Assembly: GCA_012026655.1 (NCBI GenBank)
Contig: JAAILG010000257.1
Location: 1-64,000 of the forward strand
DNA: 64,000 bases
From: Hydrolagus affinis
Taxonomy: Eukaryota
Reading direction: 5' to 3'
Shown here piece by piece: positions 1 through 12,285 of this stretch. A model generated the notes under the pieces. That model was given only the letters and a program-made list of their open reading frames with translations. It was not told the DNA's origin and did not search any database. The translations under genes and the position numbers were made by a program. The first letter of the stretch is position 1, and each line of letters opens with the position of its first letter.

Positions 1-1989
1 CCCCCCTCCACCTTTTGGTCGTTCCCTACAAAGGAGATTTTAATACAGTGATTTCACCGCCGTGCAAACCCCTAATAAAAGAAACTCCATCCCCGTGACA
101 CTGCCTCTCAGACATTTAACAGTTTAGTAAATAGATAGATGCGCTCCTGTTGATCGGAACTACAGATCGTTTGAACTTTCTCGTCTGTCTACCGTTCGGT
201 CCGGATAAATGGAATTCTGCTGTACTTAGCTGGGTCAAAGAAGTGAGGCGTGTTGGTCAGTTGATTGATAGATTGATTGATTGATGGATGGGTTAGACGG
301 CTAAAATATTTTGCCACGGCCGGGGGGTTGAAAAAGCACCACAAGATCATCTCGCAGGTACCTGTACAGCAAAGGGAGAGCTCGGTCGGGCTGTGTGTGG
401 AAAATGATGCAGCCCTTGACGATGCCAGACAGAACTGTAGATGTCAGGCTTTACAAGGAGAGCCGAATTGAGCAGCTAGGCAGAATGATTCAGATTAACC
501 TTCGCTTGAACATTGTTTAACGCAAAGCTTTGAATGAAATGCATGCTGGCACATTATGTATGTTTCTGTAAATTTGCATAAGCTTGGAAGCTAGGTACAA
601 TAATTGTTTAGCGTCGCAGCTATGGTCATCGCTATAGGGGCATGAAATTATAGTCCGTAATTTAGTGCTCCCTTCCATTTAGCAAACCTCAATCCTTCCA
701 AACACAATGCGCTCATTATTGTAAATAACAAAACTATTTTGCTTTTTTTTTCCTTTTCCTTCCCTTATCTGTGAAAGGAGGGGTGAGTGTGGGGATGAAT
801 AATTAATGAATATGTTGCCTTAGTGAGTCAGTAGAAATAGTTTGACTTTATGATGCATATTATGGAGTGTGGAGAAGGTAGGCTATGCACTGTTAATCCT
901 TTGTTGATTAGAGAAGAGAGACTGTTTCCCCCCCCACCCCTTCACTTTCTCTGCTAGTTCCTAAAGAGCTAAAGAGAAACTAAACAGTAGTGGTTGAAGA
1001 GAGGGTGGGTGTGTGTGGGGAGGGTAGGAGGGGAAACAAAGCCTATGTTTTTTGGGATATACTGAGAAGGAACGGGGAATGCTGGCCAACGATGGGTGGG
1101 AACAAACCGAGAGGCTGAGGCAGCTCCCATACATAGCTTACATCTGCTTTGAAGCAGCATGCTGCTGGAGTATTGATCATTAGTGTAACTGAGCTAGTAC
1201 GGTGGAAGAAGCTTTGTGAAACAGGTTTTGAGCTCTGTGTGGCACATTGAAACGGATCAGGTTTGGGCTGAGAGCAGACAGCCATCGGTTCGAACAAAGT
1301 TCAGTTTCAGGTTGGATTTGCATACGTACAGACGACAACTACCTCTAAGAAGAAGAAAGGAAGTCAATTGATTGAAATTTGGTGTATGGGGGGTGGGGGT
1401 GGGGCGAGGGGAACAGTTGTGTGATTTTGTATGTCGCCTGTATATAATTGTATGAGCGTGTGCAATGCAATTTTTTTTAAAAAAAAGTGAAATTGTAAAA
1501 TGTTGTATTAACTCCTTGAATACCGAGTGCCCCTTTTAAGTTTCGCGAAATCAGCACAAGCTATATTTTCTGTGGTCTTGACTATTGCATTGATGGCTTG
1601 AGAGATGACACGCGAACACTTCCACGGGCAGTGTACGCTGATAAAAAGAAGAAGATCCACTTTTCCAAAATCTTGAGATTTTCCAAGCCTGAAGCAAAGT
1701 TATTGTTTTGTTCACCTTCGGCAATAATTTTCACTTGGGACCCCAAGGGGTTAACGCACTTTGTAGTGAAGGCTGAAACAACACGTATCTGTTATTTAGT
1801 GTAATGCTCTGATGTTCCTCTCAAAGAAGCTTTTCTCACTGGTTTTCAAAACTTAGTTTTTGTTCCTTATTCCTTGCCCTTTTCCACTTGATTCTCACTT
1901 CCTCTGCTTGAAAACACACGGATAGCGAGCTGCCTCGGGCTCTGGTTGTGAGGATGCATTCAGGCCATTATGTAGTGCGAGTCCATGTT

Positions 1990-2390
1990 CCTCAAAACTT
2001 TAGGTGACGCAGCAACGAGATGATGTCAACAAGGCCCAGTGAGGTACACAGTGGCGTTTTGACGTGGTGTGTTACAAAATGACAAAACACCAGACTTCTG
2101 ACTGATTGTTCACACGGGCAGGTTTCAGATATCAGCTGTGGGTGTTGTGGATAGTCATGGAGTCTGGGTGGACACTTTTTTCGCAGGGAGCGATCGAGGT
2201 CAGATCCAGACTCCTCAACCTGCTTTCGAGCATTTCCTGGAGAAACTGGGTGACAGGGTGAACTTGACAGTGGACTTGAGAGCAAGTAACATTAGCAAGA
2301 AATCTCTCGTGTAACAGTGTGAGCGACGCGGAACTGGTGATCTTCAGTGGAAATTATTACCTTGTGTCCGTCCCAAGAATTAATATGTAT
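1990..2390 (+). mobile_element. Possible very old CR1-type LINE 3' remnant
   Basis: Degenerate translation around 2170-2220 reads HFFSQGAIEVRSRLL, resembling the CR1 ORF2 C-terminal motif FFSQRVVxxWNxLP; heavily decayed. Confidence 0.3.
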
Positions 2391-2544
2391 ATATATTTTT
2401 TTAAAATAGTGATCCATGAAATGGAAGCATTGCTTGAAACAGACAGAAAAGTGCCAGCTTGTCACATTGCTGTTATATAAATGCAGACTGACATACCGGG
2501 ACTTTAAATCTTTTAAGTTATATAGTTGGGTACCACTTGCTTTC

Positions 2545-2602
2545 TTCTTTCTCTCTCTCTCTCTCTCTCCCTCTCTCCTTCTCTTTCTCTTCTCTCTCTC
2601 TT
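2545..2602. repeat. (CT)n-rich polypyrimidine microsatellite
   Basis: Interrupted ctctct run visible directly. Confidence 0.9.
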
Positions 2603-3867
2603 CCCCACCCCCTCCCCCCACCCTCGACACTTTCAATTTGCATTTCTCAAGCCACGAATGTGATGTTGCAGATTACACACAGTGACTTTAATCCACCTCT
2701 CGATGGCTTTGAACTTCATTAGACCAAAAGGGCTCACCTTAAGTGTCTGTCCATCTCAGCACAGGCTATAAGAAACAAGCCCGGGCCTTTATTCGAGCAT
2801 TGGCATGTCTTTGATGTGGGTATGACTTGTAGACGAGTAGGGAAATTCTGTCACAATAACACAAGGGGCCAGCATAACATTATGCCCTGGGGTATCTATA
2901 AAACCAGAAATTTTGGCTTGGTGTTTATTATCCTGCTTTCGCTAATCAAGCTCACTCGCCAATCAAACTGAAGAACTTTGTTCACCGCTGTTCTGGATGT
3001 ATGAAGGGAGTTACTTATAATTTAAAGAATGGCGCGTGATCCTTCTTTCTCTCGTTTCCCCCTCTCGGTTACCACACACACACAGACACACTCAATGGTT
3101 CACCAAAGAGGTTGCTTTACAAAATAAGTCTTCAAATGTCTTATCATCGTAATAGCAAAGTTAGACAGCAGTTCGGTAATAATGGGGGAGTTAAGATATC
3201 TGGGGTGTGTGTTTGGGGTGGTGGGGGTGGGTGGGTGGGTGGGTAGGGGGGCAGGTGTGATGGGGGCTTTTGGAAAGGGACAGGCAGAGGCTCCTGACAC
3301 CTGACGCACATTTTTTTAAAAAGTGGAAGTTACGGTAATCCTGCACAATTTAGTGTAAAATGTCCTGTGGGCCCAGATGTTGCCAGTTCCATTCCATCTT
3401 GAACATTACTGCCTTGGGTCATGCACAGGCTTGCCAATCCACACTTTCTGTTGCCAGGTTCTCCCATGCGGTGTGGTGTGCGCGGTGTGTCCTCCCGGTT
3501 TGAAAGGCACTTTATAGATGTAATTTTGGTTGTTGTTGGTGGTGGAGGTGGTGGTGGTGGTGTAAGCATATGCTGTGTGTGCGTATATACGCGCGTGTGC
3601 ATGTATGGTGCGGGGATGGGTTAAAAAAAACTTTTAATTAAAACAAGATTTGAGTGGTGCCTTGTATGCTCTGCAAACAAGGGGTCTTATTGATCAGGAG
3701 TGTCTGAAGAATTGCTAAATAGAGATTGTAACACAGGAACTAAAATAAATCCCAATTCAGTACAAGAAAAGAATTGGTCGTAAAAGTCTAACTTTAACTA
3801 TCTCTGCTATGAAGGCATGTTGTTGGGGTGCTGCTTAATTTACAGTGGTTATGGTGGCTCAGACGAT

Positions 3868-4039
3868 AAATAATAATAAAATAATCCTTGTGTTTGATAT
3901 AGTGCTTCAAACGTCTTCTAGACGACTCAAAGCGCTTCACAGAATATACAGTATTGTAAAGTGAATTGACTGCATATTTTGTGGGCAAAACACGGCAGCC
4001 AATCACGCACAGCAGTGTCCCACAAACAGTCGTGGATTG
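3868..4039 (-). mobile_element. tRNA-derived Deu-type SINE, 3' half
   Basis: Reverse complement gives ctgtttgtgggacactgctgtgcgtgattggctgcc...gtgaagcgctttgag...aaggattatt, matching many other copies in the window (e.g. 55355, 29266). Confidence 0.9.
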
Positions 4040-4139
4040 CAAAGACTTGATGCGCATTTGGCTTTGAGGTGGCTGGAATGCATTGAATAGGAAAGAGAAG
4101 TCAGTGTTTGTGCCTCTTGATCGCTGGCTTGTTCCCTCA

Positions 4140-4420
4140 CCCCTGTTGAAAAGACGCTCGCCTGTGGAGATTGGGCGAAGCGAAGCCAGGGAAGGATATT
4201 CCGGTCTGTGATATCGGCCGCCTTCATTGTGCCCCGGACGCGAGCTGGAGGAACGGCCGCTTGTGAGAGAGGCCTCTGCGAGCCGTGGCCTGGTGGTGGT
4301 TCAGTGTGTTCAGCAGCCGGACAGTGAGCCTCGGCGGGCTATTCGATCGTGGAGGATTCTGACAGCTGGAGCTCAATCCGTCCAGAGCCTGCCTGACACG
4401 ATGACAATTCTCCATCGTGT
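4140..4420 (+). mobile_element. Decayed L2/CR1-clade reverse transcriptase fragment (RT domains ~2a-4)
   Basis: Frame from 4142 reads PVEKTLACGDWAKRSQGRIFRSVISAAF (cf. STETAL..ND...D.G....LDLSAAF); after frameshifts WWFSVFSSRTVSLGG and SWRILTAGAQSV (cf. WF.SYLS.R..V..G..S....GVPQGSV). Motif order is colinear. Confidence 0.6.
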
Positions 4421-5075
4421 CCCTCTCCCTACATTGGGGTTGGAGCCCAAATTGTAACATATTGGTATCACTGGCTGGGATTGTACATTGAATCTCTGAC
4501 ACCTTTGCCTTGTCTGACTGGAGCAGATTCTCCCACTCACCAGTGGCTCAGGCTATTGAGAAGTTAGGAAGAGTTCGTTGTTTTTTTAATAAACAAAAGG
4601 AAACGTCTCGCAAATATATATATATTTTTTAGAAGAATGTGGCTTTAATCTGTTTGCTTTCGCTTTCTGCTGCTTATCTGTGTCACAGAGCAGATTGCCA
4701 GGGAATTGGTGTGTGCTTATGCGGGTGGGAGAGAGTCTCACGCTGGTATTATTCTGCCATCAGGCCTTGTTTTTCAATCGTTCTTTGCTGAACTCCAGTC
4801 CGTTACAGGGTTAGCAGCAGTGCAGTGACTGACGGCTGTCAGGAAGTTCCGCCTAAGAGCAAGTTTGTTTAAGATTTATAATATTTTTTAAGGTTCTGTG
4901 TGTGGGTTTTTTAAAAAACTTGAAGGGATTCTTAACGAGGTCTTACTCATAAGTTCCCATCTCCGTTCAGACTCCAGCTGAACAGAGCAGATAGCAGGCC
5001 TCTCTCTCTCTCTCGCTCCCTCCCTTCCCTCTCTCTAGTGCTGCTCAGTAACTAAATGCTGGATGGAGATTATGT

Positions 5076-5175
5076 NNNNNNNNNNNNNNNNNNNNNNNNN
5101 NNNNNNNNNNNNNNNNNNNNNNNNNNNNNNNNNNNNNNNNNNNNNNNNNNNNNNNNNNNNNNNNNNNNNNNNNNN
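5076..5175. other. Assembly gap (100 N)
   Basis: Run of exactly 100 n. Confidence 0.99.
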
Positions 5176-5768
5176 TTGTGACCTATTCCCAGTCTGTGTC
5201 TGTGCTATTCACGAACTGGCTGAGCAGTGTGTGAGAAAAATGTGTCTCCACTTTTCCTTGGCTACACACAGGAATAGGATGTTATTTTTTTCTCCCCCCC
5301 TCCCAGGGGAAGGTGTGAATTGGGGCCTTGATATCTCCTGGGAATGGGTGGGTGGGTGGGTGGGATGGACAGCCAGTCCTTACGGACCACAGCACCAAAC
5401 CTGCTGAACCCTTCTCTCCGCCGGCACTGCATCCTGGCTGAGTGAGCACTGGCCTGTCTCTCTCTCTCTCTCTCTCTCATTTGCTGCTTTACCCATTTAT
5501 TTCCAGTAGAAACGTCAGCTCAGGCCCAACCTGCATGTGTTGCAGATTTACGTCCTTGACTGCCAGAAGCCAGAGCAATCGAAAACCTTGTTTGCACCAG
5601 GTTTCAGATCAGTTAGAAACCGCGGAGAGGTTAAACCCTGGGACGATGTCTTTTTTTCCCCCGATGTAAAGGGCTCTAGCTGTACAAGTACAGTTTGTTG
5701 CTGGTGTTGATATTAAACCCCAGGTTCCAGAGGGAATTCTTTTCCCATTTGGGAATCTTAATTGTACT

Positions 5769-5821
5769 TGGATTGTCTTCCCGACGTGAAAGGCGCTGTA
5801 AAAAAAAATCTAGTGTTGTTG
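5769..5821 (+). mobile_element. L2-type LINE 3' tail
   Basis: cttcccgacgtgaaaggcgctgta...gtgttgttg, same tail as 42500-42565. Confidence 0.75.
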
Positions 5822-6117
5822 ACTGGAGACTATAGTGTGTCTGTGATCTGGATATGATCTACCAGTTTAAAAAACAGAAGAGAGCACCTTCAAGACTGAT
5901 GATTGCTGGCAGGTGTGAGGCTGCTTTGTGTGTGAGCTTATGAATCCAGTGCTTTTTCCAGTCACTGCAGACAGATAGAGAGATAAGAGAGGTGGGGAGA
6001 GGGGATGGGAGTGGAGTGTGGCGGGGGGGGGTCTGTTTTATTTAATGTTTGCTGTGTCCTACAATTTTAAAAGGTGTATTTCCTGCATTCCTCTCTGCCA
6101 CACACCTCCCTCCCTCA

Positions 6118-6154
6118 CCACACACACACACACACATACAGACACACACACACA
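6118..6154. repeat. (CA)n microsatellite
   Basis: Interrupted cacaca run. Confidence 0.9.
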
Positions 6155-6504
6155 GATCCCCTCTCAGTCAGTCTATATATTATATTCTCCTGACTGTGTG
6201 GGCTATCACTCAGGTCCCTGGTATAAGAAGGGCAGCATGTAATCTGCTCTCATTGCCCTTCTCAGCAACTGCTGGAAGATTGCATGGTGGGAGGAGTGAC
6301 TGTGATTTCCTCTTCCCCAAATAATTCCTGCTCAGTGCCTCAGTCTTTTCCAGATATTAACATGGTTAGGAATTGCAGGTACAAGTGTGATCACACTCGT
6401 TGATGCACAAACCTGGACAGACCAACATCAATCATCACTGTTCTCGCCCCCTCACTGAGCTATATTGAAAGTTTCCAGATTAATTTCTAACCCCTGTTTA
6501 GCAC

Positions 6505-6638
6505 TAATAATGATAATAATCACAAAATAATGAGAACGCTTGCATTTTGAGATCTTGCCTTTATCACGTCATTGAGATTTAAAAAGCGCTTCATAGGATA
6601 CACTGTATAGAGGAGTGACTGCATTTCGTGGACGAAAC
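6505..6638 (-). mobile_element. Deu-type SINE 3' tail
   Basis: (AAT)n, then cttgcattttga...gcctttatcacgtc...aaagcgcttcatagg...gactgcatttcgtggacgaaac. Confidence 0.8.
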
Positions 6639-8664
6639 CTGGCATTGTACAAATCGCGTTGTCACTTTGCATCGAGCGACTTTGCTTCCCCCCTTGGCTC
6701 AGCCTTTCTTGGCGTTTCGCGAAAGCATTTCGCGCGAAAAAAAAAGTACAGATCAATTTTTGTCAGAGTTGGGCGACCAGTCCCTCAACATCACTGATCC
6801 TCTGAATGACGCCAGCCATCTTTACAATAGATCTGTGACATATGGCACAGCGTGAAGCATCCTCCGAATGCCAGCTCCGTTTATTCTCGAGGTTTTACAG
6901 CCGCCCTCCTAAAATCATTACGTTATTGGGGGCTGGAGGAGACAGAGTGTTTTCGGCAGCAGTTGCGGGACATTTACGGGAGAGTGTGAGGGAGCGGTTG
7001 TTAAGTTTTGGCACACCTGATCCAGGATTGCCTGAGTTCGGTTACAAAGCGCGTTGTCACTTGATTGGAAAATGAATTATGTATTTTCTCTAATCCCCCT
7101 TTGTTTTCTGGTAGCGGCTAAAACCTGGCCTGCGCCAATTTTCAGGTAGAACATTAATATTTGTATTTCAAGTTCCTGACAGATGGAGCTTTGACCCTGC
7201 GTGAAGCTTGTCGACTCACTCACTCAAATTGAGCGATGCTGTGACCTACCTACAGGGCTGTGCAGGGTGCATTTGCGTATGCTAATAGACTGACTTGCCG
7301 TGGCTTGTTTTACAGTGATTTGTGCATGCATTTATATGCAAATACTAATGACTGATGGCGAGTTTAATTACATTAGGTTATTGTTAGGCTGCCAAGTTAG
7401 TGAGGTGGGCATATTTGTTCCTCAGTCACAAGAATTAGTTCCTCCCACACTCCACGCCTGGCTCTAAGCAGCATTCAGGATATTTTTTTTATATTTTGAA
7501 CTGCAGCATCAGGTGAACCCTGTGTAGAATTTGAAGTGTTTCCTTCTGAATCGCGTGCTTGTGGTGCAAACAGAATGGGTGCAAAACCTCAATTTTGACA
7601 CTGGATCTTTCAACGTGAAAGCAGTTTGGGGGAACTTTACAGATAATATCTCATTGTGAATTGAAAGGCCAACCAGACTGTCAAAAAAAAAGGTGGTTGG
7701 AGGGTAGGTGATTTGCCTCAAAAGTTCTCAGAAGTTTTGAATGTTTGGCTTAAGTTTATCCACGTTGATGAAAAAAAGTATTATGATTTTTTTCAATATA
7801 ATGATATATTTTTTTAAGGGATGCCCAGGAAAGTGATCTGCCAATGGATTAATAACCGGGTTCCAACTCATTGGTAGGTGAACAGAGGCGTCTAGAGTAA
7901 GGAAACTTGCCGGGCTTGTTTGTTTCAATAGCTGAAAACAACAAATGCCCTGCTGTGGGTTAGTGAGACAAGTGTCTGCGTTGGGTGCAAGCGACATAGT
8001 CAGATCACAGCAAGGTTCACATTTTTACTGGGGAACACGCAGATGTTTTGCCTCGTGCTCTGGACATTGATATGATTGATGCCAGTTGGTTAGACGATAC
8101 ATAACCATGGTTTCTCAGGCGAGCAACAGGTTTAGCAGATCCTACATTGAAATTTAGCCCGATATCAGGACATCCACACGAGGCTCTTGTCGACTTCTTA
8201 AACCATGACAAACTTGTGTACTGTGCAGGTTCTGCACTCTGTTTGGTTTTGCTGCACGTGTCCATCTCGTACACGCACAGATGTTGCTTTTTGGTTCCTG
8301 TCCCTCTGCGTCACAGAGTCAGTCGCTTTACGAACGAAGGATAACTGTGCCGTGGGGGAGTGTAGGTAACGGAGTTACTGTTGGTACATTTTATCGCTTC
8401 ATCTGTGTTTTTTTTATTCTCAGCTTTAAAGAATTTGAAAGAATAACAACAAATAGTCCAATGCAAATTTAACTGCAGCCATTCCAGTTCACAGGGAAGG
8501 CAAGGCTGCCTGTGTGGGTTCCATGCCTTTCGCTTTCACGTGTGTGTGTGTGATTTGCAGCTATGAACTCTCACTTTGTGTGCACACAAGTGGACCAGAG
8601 CCCCTTCCCCACCTTGCTGCCAGGCAGGTTGTCAGCTGAGATTTTCACCTGTTAACTTAAGTCC

Positions 8665-8687
8665 CTGCTGCTGCTGCTGCTGCTGCT
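8665..8687. repeat. (CTG)7 trinucleotide repeat
   Basis: Seven perfect ctg units. Confidence 0.95.
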
Positions 8688-9439
8688 CCCACTCCTACTG
8701 CAGGACTGTTTCATGTAGAAATCAACTGAGAGCTGCCAAAATATATGGCAGACATTTAGTTTTGCACTGCCTACCCTTGAGGCGAATTTTCAAGCTAATT
8801 CTTTATGTAATACACAAGTTATTTGATACCGTTACAGACACAGTGATGCCTAGACAGATGGACCAGGGCAATGCAGTGCAGTTACTGGGCTTTTCAGTTT
8901 CATTCATTTGCCAGCAAAATGGAAATTTAAACAGCACTTTGTAATAAATACAATCATAATACTGTAGGATGGCATTTTTTAATTGGCTGTCAGTGCAACT
9001 ATCAACTGCTTTACCCCATTTATTTCCTGAAGTGAATTAAGGCAGGAAAATTGAACAGGAAACCTATTGATGGGAACACTTCATGTTTATCCCACTCAGT
9101 GCAATTGTATTTAGTTACTTGGAACTCTTTATGGTGTTCATATCAACGTGGCTGCCCCGCTTTTTGTTTCAGATGGGCACTGAATGTGGGGCTGAAAGCT
9201 CGTGTTGTTTACAGTGCCTTTTTTGTCTGCGGCAAAAATGGTCGAATGAAAATAACAAATAGTGGAAGTGTAGTTGTTGCTGACCCAGTGAATTGGAATA
9301 ACGAAAAATCTGAAATCATCAGCGCAATCCCTGGAGACCTTCTTCTTTGTCAGCGCCTTCAACGATCACCGTCCTCCACCCCAATCATAGCCCTCACCCT
9401 CCTCCCCACAATTTCACCCCTCTTGATTCTAACCCCCAG

Positions 9440-9533
9440 CTTCCTCTTGCTTCTATTCTAACCCTTAACTGTACAGCTCCTCAGGATGTCCTTGTGACAC
9501 GAAGGCGCTATTAAAAGTGTGATGTTATTGTTG
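9440..9533 (+). mobile_element. L2-type LINE 3' tail, diverged
   Basis: ctgtacagctcctcaggatgtccttgtgacacgaaggcgctattaaaagtgtgatgttattgttg, preceded by a C-rich 3'UTR-like tract. Confidence 0.65.
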
Positions 9534-10584
9534 AGCTTCAGAAAGTTGTCCATTTTGAAAGCCTGTTTCAAAGCAGGAAGGAGTTAGGATGTGCAGCAGC
9601 CCTGGTTTCTGCTTTTTGGTCTGAGCTGGGTTTCAAGCAGCTTGTCTTTTTACGAGGCCAAAAGAAAACGAGCCATCGATTATTAATTTTTGGATTGTGT
9701 TGCAAAACAAAAATGGGCCTGGCTCCCCCTGAACGGAGGTGGTTAACTACTGTACACGTAGCAGCCGTAACCAGCTCTCCTTTGTGCTGCCTCCTTTATC
9801 CCCAATAAAGCAAGCAAACACCTACTGAGAAGTGCAGAAGGTCAAGTTAATATCATGGACCTAAAGTTCTTAAAGCTAATACCCATTAAAATGTGTCCGT
9901 GTAGAACTGTAGACAGCGCTAATGTCTTCCAAGTGTGAAGGTCGGTCTTTTCAGAGTCTTCAATTTGAGAAGAAATCCTATCCATTCCCACAACACAAGA
10001 GTTTTTTTTTAAAAAATCTCTCCAGCCTGGTAGCAGAACTGCTTAGCTTGAAGCGATGCAAGTTACCAGCAGGATTTCCTATGTTAGGACCTTTATTCCT
10101 TAAGGTGTCTCCTGAGAGAGAGATTAAAGCTTGTCTGGGTGTATAGCTTCGCACAACTTCAATGCCTGGAACCTCATACTCCCCATCTCCCCACCCCCTA
10201 CACACTCTCTATTGTTTCTCCAACTCGAAGGGCTTATTATGCACTCGTTGGCCAAAAGTATCAACACGTGAGTTGCCTCCGTTCCTTTCTATCTTATTGA
10301 GCGCTGTCGTTAGTCTTCTCTTGTTTAAAACAATTTTTGTTTCTGGGGGGAAAGAAAACTTGAAAGCAAAAGAAAAGTCAAAATTCCTCAGAATCACGTC
10401 GGAGCCTGGGGAATCCCTTCTTGGCTACTTTGTGAACCTTTTTTTTCATTGGCCTGTCCATTAACGTTTCCTCTGCTCCTCTGTCAAGTGTGTGTGCGTA
10501 GCAGAGTGACACAAAAAAACGTTCCCTGTTTTATTTGCTCCAAACCAGATTGCTTTCTCCAGCACCAGCTGCCACACTAGATTT

Positions 10585-10745
10585 AATAATAATAATAATA
10601 ATAATGCTAATTATTATTATTAGAACCGTTGCATTTCAAACGCCGCCTTTCACGTCGGGAGGACGTCGGGTCTAAACAAAAAGTGCTTCATGGAATCTAG
10701 TGTAAAGCCCAGTGACTGCGTATTTTTTCAGGCAAACACAGTAGC
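10585..10745 (-). mobile_element. SINE 3' end carrying an L2-type stem-loop
   Basis: (AAT)n tail; gcctttcacgtcgggaggacgtc is the reverse complement of the L2 tail core; followed by SINE-body sequence aagtgcttcatgg...gtgactgcgtatttt. Confidence 0.75.
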
Positions 10746-11143
10746 GTTTGACTATATTTGAATAAAATGCATTCAATTGTACGAAATAGCTGAGTTCTTG
10801 CAAACTGGACATGATTTGTGTTTGCGTGGGGGTTTGCTCGGAGCTTGGGGAGGGGGAATTGGACTTAATGATATTCAAATGTGACCTTTAACGTGAAAGC
10901 CACCAAACAACTATTACCTGCATCAATGGAAATTCCTAACTGTTCCTTTCTGTATGTGAGGCGTGTACAGTCAGATGGTTAAATTCCAACAAATATGTTT
11001 TCAATTTACTTTTCCTCAAAGATACTATTCTGCCCAGGAGACAATTGTTGCTCTATTTCTTGATCTCCCTCTCTGTCCCTCTACCACCACCCACCCCCCC
11101 CTCCCCCCACCTCTTTTTTTTTCCCCCATTTTTTTTCAAATCT

Positions 11144-11243
11144 NNNNNNNNNNNNNNNNNNNNNNNNNNNNNNNNNNNNNNNNNNNNNNNNNNNNNNNNN
11201 NNNNNNNNNNNNNNNNNNNNNNNNNNNNNNNNNNNNNNNNNNN
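11144..11243. other. Assembly gap (100 N)
   Basis: Run of exactly 100 n. Confidence 0.99.
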
Positions 11244-12162
11244 AACTCTGATAAGTATTTAACGCACTGGAAAATTGTCTCCAGTAGGCAATTGTTTCAC
11301 GAAAGTGCAGAGTCTCAGATTTAGGAATGAAATCGGGGGGTGGGGGAAGATAAGCTCTTTCTCTTCTCTCTTCTCTCGCTCTCTCTCTCTCGCTCTCACT
11401 CACTCACTCCGCACAAAGTTGGAAAAAGCATTCCGCTACTAATCCAGCTTCAACTGGAATGCAAATTGATGTAATTGTTCTACTAAGGATGGGCTGAGAG
11501 GGCTTTAAACATCTGCAGAGGCCTTTTTTTTCCCCGAGAACAGGGTTAGCATCTATTTAACATAATGAGAAGTAGGTTTTCACTGGAAAAGCCAAAGCAG
11601 CTTTCTGAAAGGAAGGGTTAGGGGGAAGGGGTTCACAAAGTGCAGATGTCAGTCTCACAAGTGTCTGCTGGCTGCCTTCAGCGGATACTATTGACTCAAG
11701 CTTCGGAGGGAAGAGGAGCTAGCTTCCCGTTTCACAGCTCCCGACGAGCAGGCGTTTAAAGAGGCAGGATCCAGATTCCAAAATTATTTTTATTTTTTTT
11801 ATTAAACAAAAGTTTCTCTCCCAACCACACTGAAACGTTTGTTTGACCTTTGTCAGGCAGAGTACTTTTGCTTTTGCGCTGTGTTTGTTTTGCCATATTT
11901 CCATTATCTGTTTATTCAGCATTTCTGTCTGTCCACTGGATTGCCATTAGCTCTCTCACACATAACCCCCACCCACCCAATCACCCCATAACCCCACACA
12001 CTACTCAGCTTTCTGACTGCATTTGCAAGAAACACTCTTACCTCAGTCAGCCTAACGGAGTTATTAAAAACAGAAAGTTGCAGAGATTGAAAGAAAGTGG
12101 CAGCCTCAGCCTTGCAATAAAGTATGTTCTTTTTCACAGACTTGAACAAGGCAAATGGATAG

Positions 12163-12285
12163 ATAAATAAATTATCCTCGTGTTTTAGCGCCTTTCGCTT
12201 GAGGCAGACATCTCAAGGAGATTCACGGGATTTGCTTGTAAAGTGTAGGGACTGCGTATTTGTAGGCGACCGTGGGAGTTGATTT
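12163..12285 (-). mobile_element. Diverged Deu-type SINE 3' tail
   Basis: attatcctcgtgttttagcgcctttc...acatctcaaggagattcacggg...tgtaaagtgtagggactgcgtatttgtaggcga. Confidence 0.6.
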
